A stretch of DNA of 64,000 nucleotides, taken from an uncultured Bacilli bacterium (GTDB lineage: Bacteria; Bacillota_I; Bacilli_A; RFN20; CAG-826). The position numbers were made by a program, and so were the translations under genes. The notes beneath the pieces were generated by a model, which was given only the letters and a program-made list of their open reading frames with translations, did no database searches and was not told the origin of the DNA. This document shows positions 56,763-64,000 of the stretch, piece after piece (the stretch's first letter is position 1; each line of letters starts with the position of its first letter). Location of the stretch: positions 1,540-65,539 of the forward strand of contig CALWAS010000001.1 in assembly GCA_944375905.1 (NCBI GenBank). The letters run 5' to 3'.

Positions 56763-57133
56763 TCGGCAGAAAACTCCTATTGTCGCGGCCTTTCGGCAAT
56801 TGAGAAATCCCATCCTTTCCCTGACGGGTCACAAGATATGGCAAACCCAAGGAGAGCCTGCTTGGAAGACCGGGCAAAGCCGGCTGGGGAGTTCATGGCC
56901 ATCGCGAGGCGACCGGAGAGGGAGTTGTCCGAGGAGGGACTTACGGACTGCGTCGGGAGAAGGAGGGCGGGCTGGCAATCGATCGAACGGGGAAGGGCCG
57001 GGGATATGGAATCCTGCGGTTAAGGCAGGAAAGAGGACGCTCTCCGCCTTTTCGATCCAATAGACAAGAGGCGATTTAGCCTTTGGAAGGCAGCATCGGC
57101 GTATCGATCGCCGCTAACCGCAAGTTCCTAACG

Positions 57134-57158
57134 CGAAAAGAAAAGCCCCGGCGGGGCG
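57134..57158 (-). terminator. intrinsic terminator after ogt
   Basis: On the minus strand: GCCCCG-C-CGGGGC then TTTTCTTTTC. Confidence 0.6.
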
Positions 57159-57169
57159 TCTTGGATCGG

Positions 57170-57730
57170 CTAGTCGTCGTATTCGGGAGCGTGGAACTCG
57201 CGGTCGGCGTTCGTCTTCTCCATCCTAAGGAGCTTTTTCTTGAGTTCCGGATCCCCGCAATAGGGGCCGATGTCCTCCGCGCTTTCGATCACCCGGTGGC
57301 ATGGGATGATGATGGGGATCGGGTTATGGAGGAGGGCTTCCTTCACCTTCTCGGGCTTGCTGCGGATCGACTTTGCCACTTCCTCGTAGGTCTTCGTCTC
57401 GCCATACGGGATTTCCCTAACCGCGTCGTAGACCTTGGCCGCGTCCCCCGATGGGTAGCCGATCGAAAGATCGAACTTCTTCCTCTGTCCGTAAAAATAC
57501 TGATTGAGCTCGATGATCGCATCGTACTGGTGGATATTCTCGAGGTTAACCGCCCCCTCTGGATCGACCGCCCCGAAAAGAAGGCCCACCACGCCCTTCG
57601 AATCGGCAAGGACGGTGACGTCGCCGGCGGGAGTGTCGTATATCCAGTAATTAAGGGGTTGCGCTTGTTTTTCCATCCACCTAAAGATAGCCAATCCGCC
57701 CGTTTTTGGCAATGCTGCCGATGCCATCAT
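57170..57730 (-). CDS. ogt: methylated-DNA--protein-cysteine methyltransferase
   Basis: Active-site motif IIIPCHRVI and the preceding helix-turn-helix YGETKTYEEVA. Confidence 0.88.
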   Translation of the reverse strand: MMASAALPKTGGLAIFRWMEKQAQPLNYWIYDTPAGDVTVLADSKGVVGLLFGAVDPEGAVNLENIHQYDAIIELNQYFYGQRKKFDLSIGYPSGDAAKVYDAVREIPYGETKTYEEVAKSIRSKPEKVKEALLHNPIPIIIPCHRVIESAEDIGPYCGDPELKKKLLRMEKTNADREFHAPEYDD

Positions 57731-57923
57731 CGAAATACGACGTTTCCCGTACTTAGCGGGATTTTAGCGTCCATCTTTACTCGGCTTTGGCAATCGGCGC
57801 ATTCTTGAAATGCAACCAGCAGCCGCCATATCTTGCCAATCGGCCATGCCCCATACATACTTAAGGTGCAAGAGCTAGCCGACAACCCACCACCGCCCCG
57901 TCCACGTTCGCGTCGAACGGTTT

Positions 57924-59921
57924 TTGCCAAACAGCGGCATCCGAGCAGAAGTAGCATCGACCATGGTTTTGCCCGTCATCGAGCTAACAGCCATCCTCCT
58001 CAAGACAATGAGCGGGAACGCCTTTTTCGTCCCGTCGGGGGGAGCCCAGAACTATTCATTCCAGCCGTCCTTTGCCGTAAGCGAGCCGGAATTCGACATG
58101 AGCGATGTCGAAAGAACGGTCCTTGGGTACAATTCCTCGACGGATTTATACGAGGCGAACGACTATTCGTTCCAGGCCTTCAACGTCACGCCCGAAGGGT
58201 GCTATCGCGGAAGGGGAATGGCAGTCGAGATACGCGGAGGCACCCTGAGGAACGCCAACGACGAAGACTGGTTCTGCTTCGACGCAATGGGCGACTCTGC
58301 CGTCATGATAAGCCTAAGCTTCGTAGGGGGAACCTCGTCTTCGGCTGCGACCGTCGAAATATGGTCGATGGCTACGGAGCGGATCGAATACGATAGAGAC
58401 GTCCATACAAAGCGTCTTAAGGTAGCCGAATTCGACTATAGCAGTCAGAGCGACGCGAAATTCAGCGGAACCCTCAAGGCCCGCCGATACCACGTCAAGG
58501 TCCAAGGCAAGGGAGCGTCTCCCTCGAACCTCGGCTACGTTCTTAAAATTTCCGCCTTTTATCAGAAACGTCCTGACTATGACATCAATTACCTCCGCTA
58601 TTTCAAAAACGCCGGCGGCGTGTTCTGGGAAGCCGACTACTTTCCGTGGATGACATACGACGCAACCATAATGTCCGAGTACATGCAATGGACGGAAGGG
58701 GGCGGCCTGCAAGAGGCTCGAGAGCAAAAGGACAGTTTGCCGGAAGACCTTTTCGCCAGAAGCGAAGGCGAGCCGATCCTTACCTCCTATTACGTCATCT
58801 GGGATCCGCACCTCAAGGTTCAATTGGTCGACGCGCTGAACACAATCATCGCCGAACTGAGGAACGAATCGGCTAAATATTCCAGAGCCAATCAGATCAT
58901 CACCGGCGTCCAGGAAGGGGTGTCTGGGCTCGTTAAGCTCGTCTGCTCGCTCTTTGCGGGGACAAGCCTGATTGGGGAGATAGCCATGCTCGTCCCGTCC
59001 TGGATCGCATCCGCCTTGAAAGGCATGATCGCCACGCGCATAGACAGCCTAAACAACACAATCGACTACCTTGAACATGCAAGAGACTACTTTGACGCAA
59101 GTAGGAATATGCCAAACGATTTCGAGCTTCCGGAAAACGACACCGCCCGAATTTTCTTTCCCCTTTATTTCGGCATGAACGGCGGGAAAGCGAATTACAC
59201 GCGCACTACGGATGCCATTTTCCAAGGGAACCCCGATGACAGCCTCGTCTTCGAGCCGGATTGTCTCCCCCCGATCATCGACGGGGCCCTTTCCCCGGGG
59301 AACGCCTACGTTCTGGAAAGGCTTGGGCCCGACGGAAAATCGGAGATAGTCCCGGCCGAGCTCGCGCCCGATGTGCTGACCTTCCCGGAGGAAAGAATCC
59401 AGCCTCTCACGATCGGGTCGATCCAGAAGTTTTTCCTCAAGGAAAAATACGACTACCAAATATTCTCTTTCGAGGCACCGGCTAGCGATCTCTACACCTT
59501 CTACGTCAACGAGGATTGCTCCTTCAAGTTCGACGCGTTCCGGGAGCTGACTGGCGATTACGAGGTCGATTACGGGAAGCCGGGGGACTTTTATCTTACA
59601 ACCGACTATCGATACATGGACGGCGCCGCTTCGAGCGACGGCATCACCCTTCAGCTGAAGAGGGGCGAGAAGGCTTCCATCAGGGTAACTCTCGAAGAAG
59701 CGCCAACGACCACATCGTTCGACCTTAGATCCTTGAGACCGGCGACCCATGCGGACAACGACCACGTTTATGAATACCGCTACACATTCGACAAGTTCGT
59801 CTTCGCCACCCACAGGTCGGAGTGTGTGTGCGGCTCCTTCGTGGACGAGGCCCACTACTTCATCCCAAGCCTCGGGGCTTGCCGATATTGCGGGCGGACT
59901 GCCCTGCCGGGGGAGATTTGA
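57924..59921 (+). CDS. hypothetical protein with two PPC-like (pre-peptidase C-terminal-type) beta domains, a central hydrophobic/helical region and a Cys/His-rich C-terminus
   Basis: NDYSFQAF...NANDEDWFCFDAMGDSAVMISLSF resembles the PPC domain signature, and a second copy lies around YDYQIFSFEAPASDLYTFYV. The C-terminus is HRSECVCGSFVDEAHYFIPSLGACRYCGR. The start is uncertain. Confidence 0.6.
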   Translation: MPNSGIRAEVASTMVLPVIELTAILLKTMSGNAFFVPSGGAQNYSFQPSFAVSEPEFDMSDVERTVLGYNSSTDLYEANDYSFQAFNVTPEGCYRGRGMAVEIRGGTLRNANDEDWFCFDAMGDSAVMISLSFVGGTSSSAATVEIWSMATERIEYDRDVHTKRLKVAEFDYSSQSDAKFSGTLKARRYHVKVQGKGASPSNLGYVLKISAFYQKRPDYDINYLRYFKNAGGVFWEADYFPWMTYDATIMSEYMQWTEGGGLQEAREQKDSLPEDLFARSEGEPILTSYYVIWDPHLKVQLVDALNTIIAELRNESAKYSRANQIITGVQEGVSGLVKLVCSLFAGTSLIGEIAMLVPSWIASALKGMIATRIDSLNNTIDYLEHARDYFDASRNMPNDFELPENDTARIFFPLYFGMNGGKANYTRTTDAIFQGNPDDSLVFEPDCLPPIIDGALSPGNAYVLERLGPDGKSEIVPAELAPDVLTFPEERIQPLTIGSIQKFFLKEKYDYQIFSFEAPASDLYTFYVNEDCSFKFDAFRELTGDYEVDYGKPGDFYLTTDYRYMDGAASSDGITLQLKRGEKASIRVTLEEAPTTTSFDLRSLRPATHADNDHVYEYRYTFDKFVFATHRSECVCGSFVDEAHYFIPSLGACRYCGRTALPGEI

Positions 59922-59925
59922 GACA

Positions 59926-60897
59926 ATGGGCAAAAAGCTGTTCCCGAAAAGGGCCGTTTCCCTCCTCTCGCTCCTCGCCTTTCTCGTCGGAGGTTCTCTC
60001 TCGTCGTGCAAAACGATCTACATCTACACCTACGGTCCGCTTTCCTACCGCTATGGCAAGGATGTCCATCCCCTGTGGAGGATCGTCTACAACGAGATAG
60101 CGCCCGCGCTCGGGGACGGCCTCTACGAGGAAGTCGGGCCCGAGCAGCCGGAGCAGGAAGACTACAACCTCCCCTACGAAAGCGTCTACGACAGCCTGAA
60201 GGACCGGGAAACCGGCTGCGGCGTCTTCTACTATCCCGTCTTCTGGCGGGAGGCGCCCGACAAGGTCTACCTCGACGGCGGCTTCGCCTTCCCGATCCGC
60301 TTCCTCGATCCGGAAGGATGGCTCCCGAGCCAGAACTTCACGAGCGAGGCGATCGCCGTCTGCGCGGTCGTGGCCAGGACGTGCTACAACGACGGTTCCC
60401 ACGATAACCAGTTCATGTTGGAGAAGGTCTTCATCGTGAGCGACGGCTCGACGTGCGTCGGCGTCTGCGCGATAATCGGCTACTTCCTGCTCGTCGAGGG
60501 ATCCTACGAGGAGTTTGTCCCCCCGGAAAGGGATCCCTTCGGGGGGCGACCGCAAGAGGAATACCGCGCGCGATACTCCACTTATAACCTTGCCGGGGGC
60601 GTGGGCTTCGGCGCGAACATTTGGGACTTCACCATCGACCTGACCCTCAACGGCCTGGCGCCCGGGGAAGAGAGAAGCGGGGAATTCGTCCTCAACTACA
60701 CGGGCATAGACGACGAAGGGTGGCACGACGCCGAGGCGCGCGCCCCTTTCGTCGTTGACGAGTCCCGCCTTGGGGAAGGCGCCTTCGAATACGTGAGGAT
60801 CGGGATCGAGATACCGATGCCGGAAACCCTCGGGTGCTCCGATTACCCTTCGTATTGGCCCTACGCGGACAGGGTGTCGAGCGAGGAGGCGCCTTGA
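59926..60897 (+). CDS. hypothetical lipoprotein (paralogue of 55959..56762)
   Basis: MGKKLFPKRAVSLLSLLAFLVGGSLSSC carries a lipobox. It shares PEQEDYNLPYES with PEQDPYPLPYEA, and YTYGPLSY with YAYGGSSY, in the other lipoprotein. It starts 4 nt after the upstream stop. Confidence 0.7.
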   Translation: MGKKLFPKRAVSLLSLLAFLVGGSLSSCKTIYIYTYGPLSYRYGKDVHPLWRIVYNEIAPALGDGLYEEVGPEQPEQEDYNLPYESVYDSLKDRETGCGVFYYPVFWREAPDKVYLDGGFAFPIRFLDPEGWLPSQNFTSEAIAVCAVVARTCYNDGSHDNQFMLEKVFIVSDGSTCVGVCAIIGYFLLVEGSYEEFVPPERDPFGGRPQEEYRARYSTYNLAGGVGFGANIWDFTIDLTLNGLAPGEERSGEFVLNYTGIDDEGWHDAEARAPFVVDESRLGEGAFEYVRIGIEIPMPETLGCSDYPSYWPYADRVSSEEAP

Positions 60898-61305
60898 AAG
60901 GCGAAACGCCGGGGCCCGGCCTTGGCCTTGCCCCGAGAGAAACGGCGGAGGCCCACATCTTGCCAAAAAGGCAAGGATCAGTTCCCATGATTTTTAAACG
61001 GGACGTCCAGGCCAGGCTACGACATGCAACCGGCCATGTAGTCAGAAGGGCACGCACTCTTCGATGACCTGGGGCTTGTCTCCAAGGAGAAAGGTCGGGG
61101 ACAATCCACGGGGAACTTTCCATTTCCCCCCATGCCGGAAGAGGTCCATCCCGTCGATCCGGGAGCAAAGACCCGTCTTGGCTTCCGCCGTCCCGGGACC
61201 GCATCCGTCGGAATGGATCGGTGGTTTCCTTGCTTCCACGATCCCGAAACCCCTTTCGGTCCTTGCCTGCATTTCCCCAAAGGCGACTCAGAAAGGCAAA
61301 AACGC

Positions 61306-61333
61306 TTGACAAGCTCATCGTCCTGCCGATAAT
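61306..61333 (+). promoter_or_regulatory. infC-rpmI-rplT operon promoter
   Basis: TTGACA, 16 nt spacer, GATAAT. Confidence 0.6.
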
Positions 61334-61339
61334 GGGGCT

Positions 61340-61483
61340 GGCAAAGTAGAAAGCGTCCTCGCGAGGGACCGCCGGACTCCCATCGGGAATCGGCACGGAG
61401 CTACCTCCTGGTTAAATAGGGAAGAAACTCTATGAAGCTCGCGGGAACGCTCCCGCGTTTTGCTTGCTTAGGAGGAAAGAACA
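61340..61483 (+). promoter_or_regulatory. L20-leader-like 5' UTR with attenuator terminator
   Basis: A roughly 140 nt structured leader ends in hairpin CGCGGGA-ACGC-TCCCGCG + TTTT (61440..61461), just upstream of SD AGGAGG (61470..61475). The position matches the Firmicute L20-dependent attenuator. Confidence 0.55.
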
Positions 61484-62032
61484 ATCGCCTACTTCAATCG
61501 GAACGACCGCCGGCGCCCCGACAAGCGCCCCGACCCCATCAACGAGCGCATCCGCTATCCGGAAGTCCGCGTCATCGGACCGGACGGGCAGCAGCTCGGA
61601 GTGATGTCTTCGCGCGCGGCCAATAGCCTCGCCCTGTCCTACGAAATGGACCTCTTCTGCGTCGCGCCAAACGCCAACCCGCCGGTTTGCAAGATCCTCG
61701 ACTACGGTCGCTACCGCTTCGAGCAGCAAAAGGCCGAGCGGAGCCAGCGCAAGAAGAGCAAAGGCCATGAATTGAAGCAAGTGCAGCTCACGCCGCAGAT
61801 CGGCGCCCACGACCTCGAGACCAAGGCCAAGAAGGCCCATGAGTTCATCGAGGAGGGGGACAAGGTCGAATGCTGCGTCGTCTTCCGGGGGCGCCAGCTC
61901 GCCCACAAGGAAGTCGGCGAGGACGTGATGAAACGCTTCTTCGACACCCTAAGCGACATCGCCCAAGTCGAAAAGCCGCCCTATTGGGAAGGGAAATGGT
62001 ACAAAGCCATCGTCGGTCCCAAGAAGAAATAG
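61484..62032 (+). CDS. infC: translation initiation factor IF-3, non-canonical ATC start
   Basis: The conserved N-domain INERIRYPEVRVIGPDGQQLGV lies upstream of the track start at 61601. The frame opens after TAG at 61469..61471 and has no ATG/GTG/TTG before 61598. ATC at 61484 sits 8 nt after GGAGG. Confidence 0.8.
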   Translation: MAYFNRNDRRRPDKRPDPINERIRYPEVRVIGPDGQQLGVMSSRAANSLALSYEMDLFCVAPNANPPVCKILDYGRYRFEQQKAERSQRKKSKGHELKQVQLTPQIGAHDLETKAKKAHEFIEEGDKVECCVVFRGRQLAHKEVGEDVMKRFFDTLSDIAQVEKPPYWEGKWYKAIVGPKKK

Positions 62033-62043
62033 GAGGAAGTAAC

Positions 62044-62247
62044 ATGCCGAAAATGAAATCGAGCCGGACCCTCATGAAGAGGATCAAGGTCACCGGCACC
62101 GGCAAGATCAAGCACAAGCACGCCTATACCGGCCACCTTGCGCCGAACAAGACGAGAAAGCAGAAACTGCACCTGCGCCACCATGCCTTGGTGGCCGAAT
62201 CGGACCTCAAGCGGATCAATCAGATGATCTACCACAAGGTTCGCTAA
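62044..62247 (+). CDS. rpmI: ribosomal protein L35
   Basis: MPKMKSSRTLMKRIKVTGTGKIKHKHAYTGHLAPNKTRKQK, 67 aa. Confidence 0.93.
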   Translation: MPKMKSSRTLMKRIKVTGTGKIKHKHAYTGHLAPNKTRKQKLHLRHHALVAESDLKRINQMIYHKVR

Positions 62248-62265
62248 GTTGGAGGATTATAGACA

Positions 62266-62643
62266 ATGGCAAGAGTCAAGGGCGGAATTACCACCAGGGC
62301 CCGGAGGAAGAAGATCCTCAAGGCGGCCGAGGGCTACTTCGGCAGCAAGCACCTGCTTTTCAAGACGGCCAAGGAACAGGTTCTCAGGGGCTACCAATAC
62401 GCTTACATTTCCCGCCGTCAGCGCAAGAGCGACTTCCGCAAGCTCTGGATCAAGCGGATCAATGCCGGCTGCCACATGAATGGCATCAGCTACTCCCGCT
62501 TCATCGACGGGCTCACGAAGTCCGGCGTCATCTCGAAGGGCGGAGCCGGCCTCAACCGGAAGATGCTCTCCGAAATGGCCATCAATGACCCGAAGGCCTT
62601 CGCTTCTCTTTGCGAGACTGCGAAGAAGTCCTGCAGCAAGTAA
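62266..62643 (+). CDS. rplT: ribosomal protein L20
   Basis: [29 protein letters not shown]..., 125 aa. Confidence 0.95.
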   Translation: MARVKGGITTRARRKKILKAAEGYFGSKHLLFKTAKEQVLRGYQYAYISRRQRKSDFRKLWIKRINAGCHMNGISYSRFIDGLTKSGVISKGGAGLNRKMLSEMAINDPKAFASLCETAKKSCSK

Positions 62644-62664
62644 GCTTCGACCGACAAAAGAAAG

Positions 62665-62694
62665 GCCCGGCTTCCGAAAGGAGCCGGGTTTTTG
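62665..62694. terminator. bidirectional intrinsic terminator between rplT and the convergent flavoprotein gene
   Basis: Stem CCCGGCT, loop TCCGAAAGG, stem AGCCGGG, then TTTTT. An A-rich run precedes the stem. Confidence 0.75.
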
Positions 62695-62707
62695 CTTGCT
62701 TCGCTAA

Positions 62708-63328
62708 TCACCGAACGAAATTGCTGACGATCGGCTTCTCCTTTTCGGGATAGCCGCCTTCCTTTTCCTTTTCGTTAACGGTGGCTCGCACCAGGAAGGC
62801 GATGTGATGGGCAAGGGTCCGCATTTGCTGAAGACCCTCGAGATCTTCCTTCGCCTCGCCGGCGCCCCGTCCATGGAGGCCGTTCCAGTACTGGCCCCCG
62901 GCCACCGTCATCCCGGATATCGAGAAGAATTTGCTCAGTTCGTCGAAGGTGGCGCTGAGACCGCCCCTTCGGGCAACGGCCACCGCCGCGCCGACTTTGT
63001 AGTTCCAATCGGTTCCCGCCGAGTAGAAGAGACGCTGCAGATAGCTCACGAGAGTTCCGTTCGCCATTCCATAATAGACCGGCGAGGCGAATACCACCGC
63101 ATCGGCCTCGGCAAATAGCGGAGCCGTCTCGTTCACGACGTCGTCGAAGACGCAATGCCCCGTTTCCTTGCAACGTCCGCAGGCAATGCAGCCATGGACC
63201 GCCTTGAGCCCGACTTCCACCGTCTTGACCTCGAATCCTTCCTCCAAAAGGACCTTGCCCAGTTCCTCAAGGGCAAGCGAGGTGTTCCCGCCCTTTCTCG
63301 GGGAGCCGTTTACCAATATCGCTTTCAT
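62708..63328 (-). CDS. flavodoxin-fold NAD(P)H-dependent FMN reductase / iron-sulfur flavoprotein-like
   Basis: MKAILVNGSPRKGGNTS..., Cys cluster HGCIACGRCKETGHC, then SPVYYG. SD GGAGGA precedes ATG 63328, and the track start at 63415 is over-extended. Confidence 0.8.
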   Translation of the reverse strand: MKAILVNGSPRKGGNTSLALEELGKVLLEEGFEVKTVEVGLKAVHGCIACGRCKETGHCVFDDVVNETAPLFAEADAVVFASPVYYGMANGTLVSYLQRLFYSAGTDWNYKVGAAVAVARRGGLSATFDELSKFFSISGMTVAGGQYWNGLHGRGAGEAKEDLEGLQQMRTLAHHIAFLVRATVNEKEKEGGYPEKEKPIVSNFVR

Positions 63329-63404
63329 CTTTTTTTCCTCCGCGCTAGTTATAAGCGAAAAAGAGGGGCCGTTAACTTTCCCTCTGCTATTATGATTAAA
63401 GCAA

Positions 63405-64000
63405 ATGGATAACATCAGCCTCGATTTCCTAGCCTATTTCATCGCCTTTGCGAAGGCCGGTTCCCTTTCGAGGGCGGCCGAGGAAACCCACGTCAGCCAG
63501 TCGGCCCTCACGAAGGCCATGCAGAAACTCGAGGACGGGGTCGGGGTCCCGCTTTTCCTTCGGCACGGGAACCGCTTGGAACTGAGCGAGGCAGGTAGGG
63601 CCTTCCTCAAGGGAGCCAAGGCAACGCTTTCGACTTGCGAAGGCGCCGTCGAGATGGCCAAGCAAGCCCATCGGAAAGCGAACTCGATAAGGCTCGTCTC
63701 CGCCTTGCCAGGCGTCTACGAGAAGGAGTTGCCGCTTCTTCTTGCCTGCTTTCAGGATAAGGAGATCTCCCTGAAACTTGCCAGGGAAAAGGAAGCCGCT
63801 TCCCTTCTTGCCAAGGGGGAAGCCGACGGCGGCTTCTTCCTTCTTCCGCCTTCTCATAACTACGGATCGAAGTCCTTCGACCTGCGCCTGCAGATTGCCC
63901 TATTCGAGGGGGATCCGCTCCTCAAAGAAGGGAAAATCTCTCTCGATGACCTTGAAAAGAGAGCCTTCCTCAAACGCGAAGGAGCCGGGGAAATCGACGA
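63405..64000 (+). CDS. LysR-family transcriptional regulator (partial, runs off window end)
   Basis: Not in the track because it has no stop in the window. MDNISLDFLAYFIAFAKAGSLSRAAEETHVSQSALTKAMQKLEDGVGVPLFLRHGNRLELSEAG is the LysR HTH. The frame stays open to 64000. It is divergent from the flavoprotein gene. Confidence 0.85.
   Translation, partial: MDNISLDFLAYFIAFAKAGSLSRAAEETHVSQSALTKAMQKLEDGVGVPLFLRHGNRLELSEAGRAFLKGAKATLSTCEGAVEMAKQAHRKANSIRLVSALPGVYEKELPLLLACFQDKEISLKLAREKEAASLLAKGEADGGFFLLPPSHNYGSKSFDLRLQIALFEGDPLLKEGKISLDDLEKRAFLKREGAGEID

Noticed and set aside
57083-57808. 241 aa + strand ORF overlapping ogt.
   Set aside because: The minus strand encodes the PCHRV active site of methyltransferases. 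The + ORF has no motif and shows antisense-type composition.
61042-61272. 76 aa minus-strand ORF (MQARTERGFGIVEARKPPIHSDGCGPG...LLGDKPQVIEECVPF), considered as a possible gene fragment (MOSC/YiiM-like tail).
   Set aside because: I could not align it convincingly to any family from memory, and it has no SD. It is kept only as part of the possible decayed-gene note for 60898..61305.

Overview
This is a 64 kb chromosomal segment from a Bacillota-type genome. The Bacillus-style dnaB-dnaI, infC-rpmI-rplT and T-box-thrS arrangements, the many lipobox lipoproteins, and TGA used as a true stop (standard code) all point that way. All homology calls come from motif recognition by eye; no searches were run.

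The left third (1 to about 21.8 kb) looks more AT-rich by eye (GC was not computed) and appears accessory. It contains:
- A two-gene surface-protein module whose first gene is broken at a G8 homopolymer, which may be a phase-variation switch.
- A DUF1349 gene.
- A complete type II-A CRISPR-Cas locus on the minus strand: cas9-cas1-cas2-csn2, a 60 bp leader, and 42 repeats of 36 bp with 41 spacers.
- A tracrRNA gene I located on the plus strand, inside the over-extended cas9 ORF of the track.
- Two large helicase genes directly upstream of cas9: a helicase IV/UvrD-like protein with a nuclease-like insertion and Zn-ribbons, and a PD-(D/E)xK + DUF2075 nuclease-helicase with Nhi-like architecture.
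- A BspA-type LRR lipoprotein with collagen-like tandem repeats.

The remainder is GC-rich core genome:
- A maltodextrin/starch utilisation operon: starch-binding lipoprotein, MalEFG-like ABC transporter, GH13 and LacI, with a perfect cre box.
- A rhamnoglycoside locus: GH78, GPH symporter, GH3 and AraC.
- dnaE-polA-(mutM::coaE fusion), dnaB-dnaI, and pfkA-pyk-ROK kinase.
- T-box-thrS.
- A cluster of orphan lipoproteins plus a PPC-domain protein, and ogt.
- infC (non-canonical ATC start behind an L20-leader-like attenuator)-rpmI-rplT.
- A flavoprotein gene and a divergent LysR gene.

Many long ORFs in the track are antisense or off-frame artefacts of the high GC content. Several real genes have over-extended starts in the track. 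Three real genes are missing from it: two run off the window edge and one is shorter than 60 aa.
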